From Octopus vulgaris (Eukaryota), in the NCBI GenBank assembly GCA_951406725.2, contig OX597821.1, positions 26,598,001 to 26,662,000 of the forward strand: a stretch of 64,000 nt of DNA, read 5' to 3'. Shown here piece after piece: positions 13,588-26,813 of the stretch. The stretch's first letter is position 1. Each line of letters begins with the position of its first letter. Under the pieces are notes generated by a model. The model had not been told where the DNA came from. It ran no database searches and saw nothing but the letters and a program-made list of their open reading frames with translations. Both the position numbers and the translations under genes were made by a program.

Positions 13588-13968
13588 GGATCTTTTTGGT
13601 TTGAACGGCAGTTTTTAACATAATTTCTAGGTAACTGAAAAATTTTAAACATCTTTTTCTCTTGGCTTTATTCAGAAAATTCTATAGTTTGTAAGATATT
13701 TGTTGTTGTTTTTTTCTTCAATTTCTGCAATTTCAACCAATCACTGACGTCTATTGAGGTAAAAAAACATTCTGTGCCGTATGAATATGTCCCTCGTTTA
13801 AGAAACAGATTGGGTTTATTTACATTTGTGAAGAAAAAAAGATACCCTTCCCTAACCCTAACCCTAAAACAGATTGAGATGCAATAGATCGATACTAGCG
13901 TCATAATTATGGGTGACAATTTCATATGACACCGCTAGAAAAATCTGCCGTTCAAACCGAAAAGATCC
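13588..13968. mobile_element. Complete MITE with about 24-bp TIRs and 8-bp TSD, inserted in a SINE
   Basis: TIRs GGATCTTTT(T/C)GGTTTGAACGGCAG. TSD CAAATGTC at 13580-13587 and 13969-13976. Internal CCCTAA repeats. Confidence 0.9.
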
Positions 13969-14491
13969 CAAATGTCTTCTTCTGTGGCCCCAGAACGACC
14001 TGGTGAACGAATTTGGTAGACGGAAACTAAAACAAGCCTGTCATATATACCGCATCGCACTGGTGCGCCACGGAGCGCTGTTATAGACATACATATTAAC
14101 GTCGTGTAGGAAGCTTTTCCCGGACACTTTTTCCGCAGTGAATTTGGCGTATAAACAAAAACACAAGCACTATTTATGTATGGCCGATAATATTTACATT
14201 ACTAGAGTTACTCTTAGTTCGTTTATCTTTTATCATTGACATGTTTCATTCACCCTACTGCAGCTCTTTGGGTCACCGCCTTGAACATATCGACCACAGG
14301 ACATTTTTTTAAAAAGCCTAGTACTTATTCTGCCATTCTCCTTTGCCGAACCACTAAGTGACAGGAACGTAAACCCACCAACACTGGTTGTCAAGTAGTC
14401 ATGGAAGAAGACACAAAGACACACACACTATGCAAATATTCTTTTAAAATCTTTTCCTTTAATTTTTCCAAAATTTAATTGTTTTTCATAC

Positions 14492-14533
14492 TTACAGTTG
14501 GAAAGGTCTCAATGACTGAAACCGGTACTGAAA
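14492..14533 (+). ncRNA. Hammerhead ribozyme-like motif (type I, U3-A8 core variant, degenerate copy)
   Basis: ttacag-TTGGAAA-ggtc tcaat gact-GAAA-ccgg-TA-ctgaaa. Confidence 0.55.
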
Positions 14534-14614
14534 TGTTTTTTATAAAATTATTTTAGCATTTTCTACCTTGACTTTTTTCCCATATATATCAACTCGTGTA
14601 TTCCTTTTCAACCT

Positions 14615-14700
<86 letters not shown>

Positions 14701-15470
14701 TATATCTATACATATAAATTTGACATGGGCGATTCTTTCTTGTCTTGGGATTCACAGTCAAACGGCTGAGTGGAATTGCGGGGAAAATTACACAGATGTG
14801 TAGAATGATCCGGTGGTGATGCTAGGCTTTGTGTTTTTTTTATAGCTTCCATGGTTATCGAGATAATCTACTATAATAATACTCTTGTGTTTATGAATGA
14901 GAAAGGAAGGGGTGATAGATGAATAAGGAAGGAAGGGGTGATGTCATACTTGGTAGTGGGATGATGAAAATTGTACGCTGAAAAAATAAATCAACCAGCA
15001 TTTAAACTCTGTGTTAATATATGTTTGTGTATGCAAGAGGGGGTATGTAAATATGTGTGCGTGCGTAGGTGTGTGCTTGTGTGTATGTGCGTGTGTGTTT
15101 GTGTGCGTGCGTGTGCGCCGCAATGGAAGTGGGATGGTTCATTTTTGTTCGTTTAGTATTTGGGTTTATTCTTTGATTTGGTTGAATCTTGGTTGGTTTT
15201 TTTTATTGGACATTTACTTTTAGCGTTTTGACAGAAAAAGTCATTCTAAAATTGCTTTTTAACGTAAGCGTGCCCAAACAAGTCGAATGCTTACACAGAG
15301 CAGGTTTTACAGCCACATCATCCAATTCACAACGACCTCGAACCCACAAGAGTAAACAAGAGAGACAGAGACAGGCAGAAACAAGGAAAATGCCATTTGT
15401 ATTTGAACACTATACAAATATTCTTTAAAAAACTTCAAAAATGTTTCTAAATTTAATTGTTTTTTCATAC

Positions 15471-15512
15471 TTAAAGTTGAAAAAGTCTCAATGACTGAAA
15501 CCAGTACTGAAA
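15471..15512 (+). ncRNA. Hammerhead ribozyme-like motif (type I, U3-A8 core variant)
   Basis: ttaaag-TTGAAAA-agtc tcaat gact-GAAA-ccag-TA-ctgaaa. Confidence 0.55.
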
Positions 15513-15592
15513 TGTTTTTATAAAATTATTTTAGCATTTTCTATCTTGACTTTTTCCATATATATATCAACTCGTGTGTTCCTTTTCAACCT

Positions 15593-15688
<96 letters not shown>

Positions 15689-17554
15689 GTTGTGTCTTGG
15701 CAGAGTCACAAATGCAAAAAGTATTTATGTGTGTGTATGCGTGTATGTGAGTATATGTAAAAGGTTCTCCAAAGGCCCGACGTCACCTTGAAGTATGCAA
15801 AAGAGCTGGAACGGGACCACCAGCGATGGAATGTTCTGGAGGTAGATCTGGTCGGCTTTACGCATGATGACACCTCTGGGGCCACTAACCTCGGACGACC
15901 ACGCCCCATGAGTTGAGAGTATGAAGTGAAGCGATATAGACATATACGTGTGACGGAAACTGAAAAAAACCCGTCGTATGTATTTATGTGTGTCTCTGTG
16001 TATTTGTTTGTGTTTGTCCATGACCACTGCTTGACAACAGGTGTTGGTGTGTTTACGTCCCCAAAACTAGCAGTTCAGCAAACGGACTCATACAATAAGT
16101 ACAAGGCTTAAGAAAAATTAAGTACTGGGATTGATTCATTCGACTAAAAGGTCCTCTAGGTGGTGCACCAGCATGGCTGCAGTTTAATCATTGAGACAAT
16201 TAAATGATTAAAAGATAAAAGATATAGATAACCTATAACATATTTACATAAATATATAGGTAACCTGTAACATATTTTCAAGTTTCACATAAACCCCTCC
16301 TCTTCACACACCACATACCTCTTATCTTCCCTGTGCCCCGTCCACTTCTACCCCGCACGCATCTACTCTACCGTTCGACTAAAATTCATCAAGGTGTACC
16401 CCAGCACGCCTGCAGTCTGATGACTGAAACAAGAAAACTATAAAACATAACAGATAAAGATACGAACGGCAGAAACAGAACTATTATTTGATAAGAGGTT
16501 CTTCGCAAATCAAGTAGCTTCGAGGATAAGAAATAAATGAATAAGTATATAAGCGTGCATGTGAGTATGAAATATATTTGTTACAAAGATTTACATAAAT
16601 TTATTCGGTCTGGTCATGGAGAGAAAATAATACCACTAGAAAGCGGGAAATATTTTGGTTCACCTCACCTTTTCCCCTTCAAGTTAAGAATGTCCCCGAA
16701 GTATTCTTTAAGATCATTGAAAAAAAAAACTTTCCTCCGGATAATAAATATCACCCCATCTTTAACAAATCTAGTTTAAAATTGTCATATTCAACATCAT
16801 CACATTTAGGCTCCATCATTGCTACTAATGATAGATTTAAACTTAAAAAGAACACTAGGGAATCTATGGAACGTAATTAGGAAAGTAGGTATCTGAATTC
16901 CATAAAAAAAAGCCATGTAATTGCTGATCCCCAGAATTTTGCACGTTTTGCACAACTTGTTTGATAAAAAACGTAGTTTATAAGTGTGGGGCAAGTACCT
17001 CAAAAGAACCCAAGAAAATCTACATAGAGAGCACAATAGATTTTAAAACTAGATGTAGGGGGCATAAAATTCTTTTACAAACGCGAGCATGAAAAATTCG
17101 AGAGCACTAGCCAGACACATAGATAATTTAAAAGCGCAAAATAAACGATTTAAACTAGATTGGTCAATAATTACTCAAATCATTGAATATGTAGATTATG
17201 CACTAACTAATCCATAAATATAATTTGTACGAGTAGAAAAATATTATTAAATAAGATTTCTGATGATTTAATATTTTGGAAACAAAGGTATTTTTCTACT
17301 TTAAAATTTTTTTCTCATTAAAATATAGCCAACCCATGTTAAAAATTGAAACCTGAATTCCGATCTTCATCCCCAATATGTTTTAGAAAAGCCGTAAATG
17401 CATCATTTTTTTGTAAGATTTTTAATATATTTACTCCTCATTTTAGAATGAATTTTTCTGAACACATTTTTATCACAACATAGGATACCTGGTTCAAGTA
17501 TGAAGTCTTTTGATATTTCATAAACAATTTAAAAGACTTTTTAAAACTTCACAT

Positions 17555-17640
17555 ACAATCTCCGATGAAGGAAATGTATATACTCGAGATGAGTACAAAT
17601 AGATCACCCATTCTGAAATACCTTTCCTGAGACGGCCGTA
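17555..17640 (+). ncRNA. Hammerhead ribozyme relic
   Basis: CCGATGA, long stem II aggaaatgtat/atacctttcct, GAGA instead of GAAA, palindromic stem III ACGGCCGT, GTA. The 3' strand of stem I is missing. Confidence 0.45.
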
Positions 17641-18076
17641 GTATATATACGAATTCGAGCTATGGAATTAAGCATTCGCTCTTTTAGATACCCATTCATC
17701 TATTATATTTATGATTTTGCAAGGCGACGAGCTGGCAGAAACGTTAGCACGCCAGGCGAAATGTTTAGCGGTATTTCGCCCGTCGCTACGGTATTTCGCA
17801 ACATCGCGTGATAACCGATGCTGGTGTGTTTACGTCCCCCGCAACTTAGCGGTCCGGCAAAAGAGACCGATAGAATAAGTATTAGGCTTACAAAGAATAA
17901 GTCCTGGGGTCCATTTGCTCGATTAAAGGTGGTGCTCCAGCATGGTCACAGTCAAATGACTGAAACACGTAAAAGAGAGTATATTGCTTTTAAAATATGC
18001 ATGCCTATTTTAAAAGAGTGTAACCAAATATGTTATTAAAAAATATTAGGCAAAATTTCATTTACAAAATCTGCCT

Positions 18077-18893
18077 TGATCTGAGTCCCTGATGAAATAT
18101 ACTTCCTCAAAATATCATGCTATGGGAACTGAATGAGAGCCCATGTATTTAGGAAACAAACATCTTAAGCACATAGACAAATGCCTTTCTTTTTTTTTTT
18201 TACCTTACAGAGCTGTTGGCAAGTGCTCCGTAAGCGTTATAGTTGAGGAAGAGACAAGGAAGTAAATTGATGGGATACCGAGCAACTAGCTGAAAGCATG
18301 TAATGTTCGTATGTTGTTGTCTATACATAATAAAACCAACGGAAAATCGCTGAAATACTGTATGGTGGCGTCCATTTATCCTTAAGTAGTACCCCGAATA
18401 GTATAATTGATAGGCAAAAGTATTTATGAGTAATTGTTTAGTTAGCGTAACTGACACTTGCACTCTCTGTACTGGCTCAATGTATGTTATTTAGTATGGG
18501 AATTCAACTTTCATTGCTTAAGGTAAGGGACAACCGTAGATGATCATGAAACCTGCTACATATTTTTATCATTCTGAAAACTATGTGTTGAGCTTAATTT
18601 TGTCTAGTCTATTAACGTGACCTGTCTCATCTGTGAGTTCTCTCTAAGATTTCATCTGTATACAATGAGAGTGCTGGTTTTGATGAACATAATTTTGTTT
18701 GCCCAAGTACAGTTCCCACCTAACAGATTTGACGAAAGACTCTCCAGCTATGGCCAACCTATTATATTTACAGACACAGCGTTATGTCCAAGGCTATATT
18801 ATTTAGTGCATCATTCATACAACCACGATGGGATGCAGTTTGAAGGCAATTTAGTTGCTATTTTTGGTAGTTTGAGTGACCTCACAGTCTCCT
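18077..18893 (+). repeat. Local segmental duplicate, copy 1 (empty site)
   Basis: Collinear with 21054-21265 joined to 24053-24657. Confidence 0.9.
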
Positions 18894-19784
18894 TGCTGGT
18901 TTGTGCAACAAAGTTGAATAGATCAACGTCTGGACAGTAGTAAGCTGAACTGAAGATCAAACTTCAATTCTTGAAGATTTTCTCCAAACGAGCAAGAACG
19001 TACAAGAAAACGGAGATTAGTATCAGCTTGACAGTGGATCCATGGTTTCGGAAAAGGATTAACTAGAGAGCAGGCTGGTTTGTTTTTTATTTGCATCTTC
19101 TAGATGTTTTAAAAGTAGTTCACATCCAAATTCACTAGATATGCATATAAAATGTGCCAACAAGGCAACCTAAACGACCTTGGTTGACGTGTTTGAATTA
19201 GCAGCTAAATATCTATAAAGTTAAACATTAGCATCTAGAAAAGTGGGAGAACGTATTTCACTAACGTGATTCTCAATATGGCATTTGGAGAAAAAGAAAA
19301 GACCCGCATGCTCAGCTGTAAAACGTTTTGAGTGTAACTGATAAGAGTTGACCCGTAAGAAATATAACGACAACGCAGACATGAAGTTAAAAAAATTGTG
19401 TCCGAAAACTAGTCTATGACAAATGACAAAATACTATAATGATATACGAGATATCGAATTTCCAAAAACAATAGTTATTCAGAACAGCAACACCATTCAC
19501 ATAGCAGTAACTGTAATAATGAGCTGTAGAGTACAAACAACACATGTACACACACACACACGCGTATACATATAAGAATAGAGAAATAAACAAAAGCATT
19601 ACTACATAGCTTGTTAGGACACACAGAGTTGTTTACTCTTGGGATTATATAATAAACTGTATTCGTTATACACGTTACTGTAACAGATATAGCAGACCAC
19701 GTTTACTGGAGTTCCGAGCGACACTATTTCCGAGAATATCAGAGTGGAGGAGAAGATTAGTAAGTTGTATTGAAATGCTAAATT

Positions 19785-20122
19785 TTCTTCAAATAATTAT
19801 TATTATAGAGATACACGTTACGTTTATTTGTTTTTAATTCAGGACCTGTACTTCTTCGACATTTAGTACTAGCGGGTATACTTTTATGCTAATCTTTTAT
19901 TTTTTTTTTATCTTTTATTTGTTTCAATCATTACACTGACCATGCTGGGGCAAAATTATTCTTCAAATAATTATTATTATAGAAATACGTTACGTTTATT
20001 TGTTTTTAATTCAGGACCTGTACTTCTTCGACATTTAGTACTAGCGGGTATACTTTTGTGCTAATTTTTTTTTCATCTTTATCTGTTTCAATCATTACAC
20101 TGGCCATGCTGGGGCAAATTAT
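19785..20122. repeat. About 174-bp tandem duplication, 2 copies
   Basis: Units begin TTCTTCAAATAATTATT at 19785 and 19959. Confidence 0.9.
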
Positions 20123-21308
20123 TTTGTTAGACTTTGGACTTAGATTACAAAAAAAAAAAACATAACAAAAAAAAAACTGCTATTTACTGTTTATATCAGC
20201 ATATAAGACGTGATTTAAAAAAAGATGTTAAAAAAATTGCTCTACGTTTAATTCGGCCATATTGCAGGAGGGAGCCTGAACACCACAGACTAGTAACAAG
20301 ATGAGCATATTCCTGCTCATTTCAATAATTCCTACTCATAACAGAATATTGGTTTCAAATTTTGGCATAAGGCCTGCAAGTTTGGGGGAGGAATAAGTCG
20401 ATTATGTCGACCCCAGAGCTCAAATGGTACTTATTTTTTCGACCCCGAAATAATGAAATGCAAAGAGGACCTCAGCAGCATTTCGAACGTTTGTCTGGCA
20501 CATAACGATTTTTGCTAGCTCACCACTCTTATATATGTCTGATATTATATAATTAGCGGGACCCGTGAATATTTCCCAAAATTAATGGTAAACCTATTGG
20601 GTTGTTTCTGAAAACTTTATCCCCCCCACCTCCAAAAAAACCCTGAAAGCGTAACCTGTGTTGTGTCTTTATGGAGAGATAGTCGCTCATCTGCTGCTCA
20701 TTAAAAAGTGGAAGAAATTGGAATACGATGATTACTTAATGCACTTTACATGTACACTTCACATATCTTATGCACAATTTTATAGACTTAATGCAAAGCA
20801 CTCATAAGATAAATATTTCATTCTTATTTTTCCATTTTTCCCATAAACGAAAATAAAAAATAAATAAATAAATAAACCGTACATATGATGCAACCTTTAG
20901 TTAAATTATATACACCTACCATGTAAATAAGTGTGAATATTTCACGGAATATTTCATTTATATACATGCGTTAAGTGATAGGTGATATAAAAAACTTAGT
21001 TCAATTATTGAATAATATGGTTATAGATACAGTGTTGAAAAAAAAAATTCTAATGATCTGTGTCTGTGATGAAATATATTTCCTCAGAATATCATGCTAT
21101 GGGAACTGAATGCGAGCCCATGTATTTAGGAAACAAACATCTTAAACACATAGACAAATTACAATTGCTTTTTACCCTACAGGGCTGTTACCAAGTGTTA
21201 TATTTAAAGAAGAGATAAGGGAGTAAATTGATGGAATACCGAGCAACTAGCTGAAAGTATGTAATCAGTGGCCCGGGAACAAAATTTGCTTAGGAGGTGC
21301 TGGAGCCC

Positions 21309-22345
21309 AGTCAAGTGTTTTTTCGTGCTGGGAAACAAATGATAGTCAGATGGTACCAAATCACTAAATTAAGGAGGGTGATCAACCAGTTCAAAACCTG
21401 TTACGCACAGCAACCATTGAAACCAAGGACTTGTGTATTGAAGCATTGTTCTAATGAAACAAGACCTCCTTCATTAGTTTTTTCAGTGCGTTTGGTCTTT
21501 ATAGCCTGTCGTAACTGCCTTAGCAAGTTGGCGTTGATGGTGTGATCATTTTGAAGATAGTCAATAAATACAATGCCTTTTTCATTCCAAAAAAACCTGA
21601 GGCTATCGCCATTCCTGCAGATGAAACGATCTGCTTTCTTTGGAGCGGATGAAGAGGATTGTTTCCACTGCATGTTTGCCTCTGTTCAAAGTGATGAAGC
21701 CAACAGACATAGGAAACGTTCAAGGAAACTAGCCGTATCTGCCCCAAACAATGTCAGATACCCCCGTAAGGTGATCAACCTGGTGCGCTTTTGATCAGGT
21801 GTCAGAAGACGCGGCATCCATCGAGCATGAACCTTCGTTACGCCAAGTTCATTGTGCAGAATATCCTCAACTCTCTCACAGGATATGCTAATAACATTGG
21901 CTATTTGAGTTATAGTCAATCGCCTGTTATCCACCAACATGTGGTGACCACGATCGATGTTTTTCTCAGTGGTGGCAGTTGTGGGACATCCAGACCTTGG
22001 ATCATCTTCAAGACTATCTTCCCCTCCTAAATTCAGCTGTTCGCTTTTGCACTGTTGATAAAGCTGGAGCGTAATCCTGTGGTGTAGCAACCATGCCAGC
22101 ATGAACGTCTTTGGGACACTAAAGCCTTTTTCTGAAGGTACGTGATATCACGATGCTTAATTTTATCTATTTTCGAGAGAAGTTGCTACTAGTTACATTT
22201 GAAGTTTTCTTTGAATAGTCAGATGTCAGTTTACCTGAAATGAAACAATGTAGTTAATATGTAGAATTGAAATGAATGCATGGAAGATTTCTAAGCATCA
22301 CTCTTTCATAGATTGTCTATGAACTTGTCAACCCCCGCCCTCGTA
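21309..22345 (-). mobile_element. Mariner transposon relic nested in hAT
   Basis: EDDPRSGCPTTA...VHARWMPRLLTPDQK and FWNEKGIVFIDYL. Terminus TACGAGGG on the minus strand at 22345. Confidence 0.88.
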
Positions 22346-22442
22346 CTTATTGGTTAAACTGATTCGTTTTTTAAATTAAGAGAACCAAATTAGTCTCTGA
22401 GGGTCTCTGTTTTAATGTGTTTATTTACATACCTCATTTGTA

Positions 22443-22806
22443 GAGGCGCAATGGCCCAGTGGTTAGGGCAGCGGATTGGCGGTCATAGGATCGCAGTTTC
22501 GATTCCCAGACCGGGCGTTGTGAGTGTTTATTGAGCGAAAAAACCTAAAGCTCCACGAGGCTACGGTAGGGGATAGTGGCGAACCCTTCTGTACTCTTTC
22601 ACCACAACTTTCTCTGTTGTGTCTGTAATTCAGAGGGCCAGCCTTGTCACACTGTGGCACGCTGAATATCCCCGAGAATTACGTTAAGAGTACACGTGTC
22701 TGTGGAGTGCTCAGCCGCTTGCACGTTAATTTCACGAGCAGGCTGTTCCGTTGATCGGATCAACTGGAACCCTCGTCGTCGTAAGCGACGGAGTGCCAAC
22801 AACAAC
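22443..22806 (+). mobile_element. tRNA-derived SINE nested in hAT
   Basis: Same family as 4098-4480; (CAA)n tail. Confidence 0.88.
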
Positions 22807-24930
22807 ATACCTCATTTATAAATTAATTCAGTCCTTCGATCTTTCAGGGAAAATATATTTATTACATTGTCATAGAAATCTTCAGTTTTAATCAATCGTT
22901 GACGTAAATATTTTCCACTTGGCATAAGAACCAAACCTGAAAGTCTTTTCTCTCCTATTGTATTTCTTTGGTAAGTTCTAATTCTTTTCAAGGTAGAAAA
23001 GACCCACTCTACAGAGTCAGTTGTAGATGAAATGGTCAAAATAAGATTGCAAAGATTTATGAGTTCTGGCATAGCTTCAATCAGATCGTTGATGTAAATG
23101 CATTAAATTACTCACACTTTGCTTTTTAAAGTTTTGCATAGAATACAAAATATTTAGTTTACTCTGCAATCTTATTATGTCAAAAAAAAAAAAACAAAAA
23201 ACCCTACTATAAGTGGTTTTTAAAGAATTTAAAGCATCGACTGGAAATTGTTTGTGATATTCATCACTTGCAAAAATTGAAAAGTTCTATGAATTTAAGC
23301 TCTTCTAAGGATGAGTATCGCGTTTTTAATTGGTCAACTAATATCAATAATTTTGTCTTATTCATCCTTAGAAGAGCGAATAAAATAGAAAATAATCTGA
23401 ATAAATTAACGCAGTAACGAAAGATCCTAGTCAAAAGGGAGAAATTCCAACTTAAATGGGACAAATGATAATCCAAAGAAAAGCCCAGGAATGTAACATT
23501 GAGCATTAAATAGCAAAGAGAAAAGAAATAATTTTGTTCCTTTGACAAAATAAATAACCTTGTTCCTATTAGCTTGAATGGAAGAATCCATCTGACTGAC
23601 AAAGAATTTTGAAAGGTCTTTTATTTTTAGACTGAAGTGAAACAGTCAAATCCATTCAACCATGTGACCAATCTTTAGCGACACCAATTACAAAGAAATG
23701 ACAAGAAAGTAAGGTATTGAGAGGTATTTTGAAAGATAGAAAGAGGTCATGTTGCTATTCTTGTTGTTGTTGTTGCCACATATTTTTGTTATTGACGCTG
23801 CTTTGGCTTAGAAAGCAGGTCATATAAATTTCCTTCTGAAATTTACGATCAGCTACATTTCTTTTGTCCTTTGTTTTTGTTTTAAGAAGAAATCTGACTT
23901 CAAGCAATTTTTACAGATCAGTTTTTAAGACATTTTCTGAACCTGGCAAAAGTATTGTAGGGGGTGCACATTTTGATTTTGCAACCCTTAAAAATCCTAG
24001 GGGGTGCAGGTACACCCCATGCACCCACTCTTCCCGGGCCCTTGTATGTAATGCTCGTATGTTGTTGTCTATACAGAATAAAATCAACGAAAAATGGCCG
24101 AAACACTGTATAGTGACTTCCATTTATCCTTAAGTAGTACCTCGAATAGTATAATTGATAGTACAAAGGGATTTATGAGTGACTGTTTAGTTTGCGTAAC
24201 TGAGTTTTTGTTACCTGGAGACTATCTGTGCTGGCTCAGTGTATGTTATTTAGTATGAGGATTTAACTTACATCGCTTAACGTAAGGGACAACCGTAGAT
24301 GACCATGAAACCTGCTACGTATTTTTATCATTCTGAAAACTATGTTTTCAGTTAAGTTTTTAGTCAAGTTAATAGACTATTGTCTAGTCTATTAACTTGA
24401 CTTGTCTCATCTGCGAGTTATCTCTAAGAATTCATCTGTATACAATGAGAGTGCTGGTTTTGATGAACATAATTTTGTTTGCCCAAGGACAGCTCCCACC
24501 TAACAGACTTATGACCAGCCTACTTTATTTTCAGACGCAGCATTATGTCCAAGACTATATTATTTAGTGCATCATTCATTTAAGCATGGTGGGATGCAAT
24601 TTGGAGGCAATTTAGTTGCTATTTTCGGTAGTTTGAATGACCTCACAGAAGTCTCCTCTAAATGATTTGTGGTTACAGCTGTAAAGCATTTTGAATGTGC
24701 GAGTTTAATGATATGTTTAATCTATGAGGGCTAATCTGGAACAGAACACTAATTAACACGCAGCTACATACAGACACACACAAAAGCATTTTTCATAATT
24801 GTCTCCATTGAAAAGCAATATGTGACACGTAACAGAACAACATATGATGACTACTAGTGACTACGAATAGAGATAAAGCAAACACACTCACAACAGTGGC
24901 AAGAGCTGTGTGTGTGTGTGTGTGTGTGTA

Positions 24931-24961
<31 letters not shown>

Positions 24962-26813
24962 ATGTATGTATGTATGTATGTATGTATGTATGTATGTATG
25001 TATGTACGTACGTTGCCAATTCTGTACAAGATATTATAGATCTTTAGCTGGGCTAAAAAGTCACATTCGATCACAGCACCAGTAACAGTTAAGCTTCGTG
25101 CAATGGCCATACTCAATAACGAGGGGCAGCCATAATGTATGTATGTATGTATGTATGTATGTATGTATGTATGTATGTATGTATGCATGCATCTATCTAT
25201 CTATCTATCTATTTATGAGTGTGTTTGTGTGTGTGTGTGTGTTTGTTCCCTCCACACGCCATTTGATAACCGGTGTTGGTTTGTTAATCTCAGTAACTTA
25301 TTGGTTCGGCGAAAGGGACTGATAGAACAGGCACCAGGTTTAAACGAAGAGGTACTGGGTTCGTTCAGTACTCTTCACATATACTCATTTGAACTTACTT
25401 AGTATCGTTCGATTTGCTACTTAACCTTTGAACAATGATAATGATTTTGATTACTGATTTTGGGGGTTAATTCACACACACACACGCTTTGTTTTTAATA
25501 TTGTCTCCAAAATTTGTTTATTGCATATTTTGATGCAATACGTTTATCAAAACCGTCACCTTAAGCATAGACTTGCTTGGTTTCGTTTTTCGTCTCCATT
25601 TTGGGGCTCAAATCCAAAAGAAAAAAATAAATAAATATTCGATTTTTTGAAATAAATTAAAAACAAATATAGCCTTGTTGAAAGACATGGCAGACAAAGT
25701 AAAAGGAAGCTGGGATAGTGCCAGATAAGGAACTGTACTCTGCCCTTTACCCAGAAATTAAAGGTGGGGTGAGCAGCCACCAAGTTCAGAGTTCACATTA
25801 CCACTATGACAACAAAGAGCAGCTGCAGATTTAGCAACATCACAGCTCAAGGATTTAATTCCAGTTATGAAGCTGGGTTTCCCTCGATTAATGAAACAAT
25901 CCTAAAGACATCAGTCAACAGCAGCGACAGGTCTACGAGCCCAGTCTCAGCCTATTTTACCGTCACGACCCTACGATAACAAAAACTAGGATAGAGGCGT
26001 AAACAAGACCAGTAGCCTCGACAACTTAAACGGCATCGGTATTTCCATTATAATAACAACGACAACAATACATTCGCTGTAACAGCTGCGAAAAGCATAG
26101 AGCTATATAAAATGGGCATACTGCAGCCCATAGAGCTATATAAAATGGGCTCAAGCAGCCAAAGTGATAAGGCTGGAAGAAAGAAAACACAATAAAACAC
26201 ACACACACAAACACACCTACAGTATCAGCAAACCCTCCTGTACTGCGATCGTCAACATATCTGCCGCTATCACAAATATTCACACTAACACTACCTTAAC
26301 TACAAGTGCTTTTGGAAGACTTTTCCATCGTTTGTGGGCTAAATACGGTGTCAGTCTGAAAAATAAAATAAGTGTATACAAATCTTGAATTTTGTGCACA
26401 CTTTTGTGATGTACAGAAGCATGAATTCCCTACTACAAACATATAAAGAGACTTGAAATCTTTCCCATGTGTTGTTTGCACAATATCTGCAACATAAAAT
26501 GTTATCCTCTTAGAAAAATGTGATATCTCCATTATGCAAGGCGACTTGATAGTAAAATCCATGCTTGAACTCGAATTACATTACAAGTATATGCAGCTTC
26601 TTTGTTCTTTTCTTTTTAAAAGTTTTCTTTTTCACACATGTTTTCTCCACATATTTTAAAACTTTAAATCCTCTCCTTCAGACAGTGTCATATGTCAAAT
26701 CAACGGGAGCGACCATCATCATCATCATCATCATCATCATCGACGTCGTTATTGTCGTCATTGTGATCATCTATACATACATTGTACATTTAATACATAC
26801 ATACATATATATA

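Larger units (their letters stand above)
14424..15663 (+). repeat. Two direct repeats of about 190 bp, each followed by (CA)n, about 980 bp apart
   Basis: 14424-14618 matches 15407-15596. Confidence 0.9.
21266..24044 (-). mobile_element. hAT DNA transposon relic with TIRs and 8-bp TSD; contains a nested mariner and a SINE
   Basis: TIRs CAGTGGCCCGGGAA / TTCCCGGGCCCTTG. TSD TATGTAAT at 21258-21265 and 24045-24052. ORF 22812..23072 resembles the hAT C-terminal dimerisation domain (ILTISSTTDSVEWVFSTLKRIRTYQRNTIGEKRLSGL). Confidence 0.92.

Noticed and set aside
22812-23072. ZMYM1-like host gene
   Set aside because: It lies within TIRs and an 8-bp TSD and is fragmentary, so it is a hAT transposase remnant.
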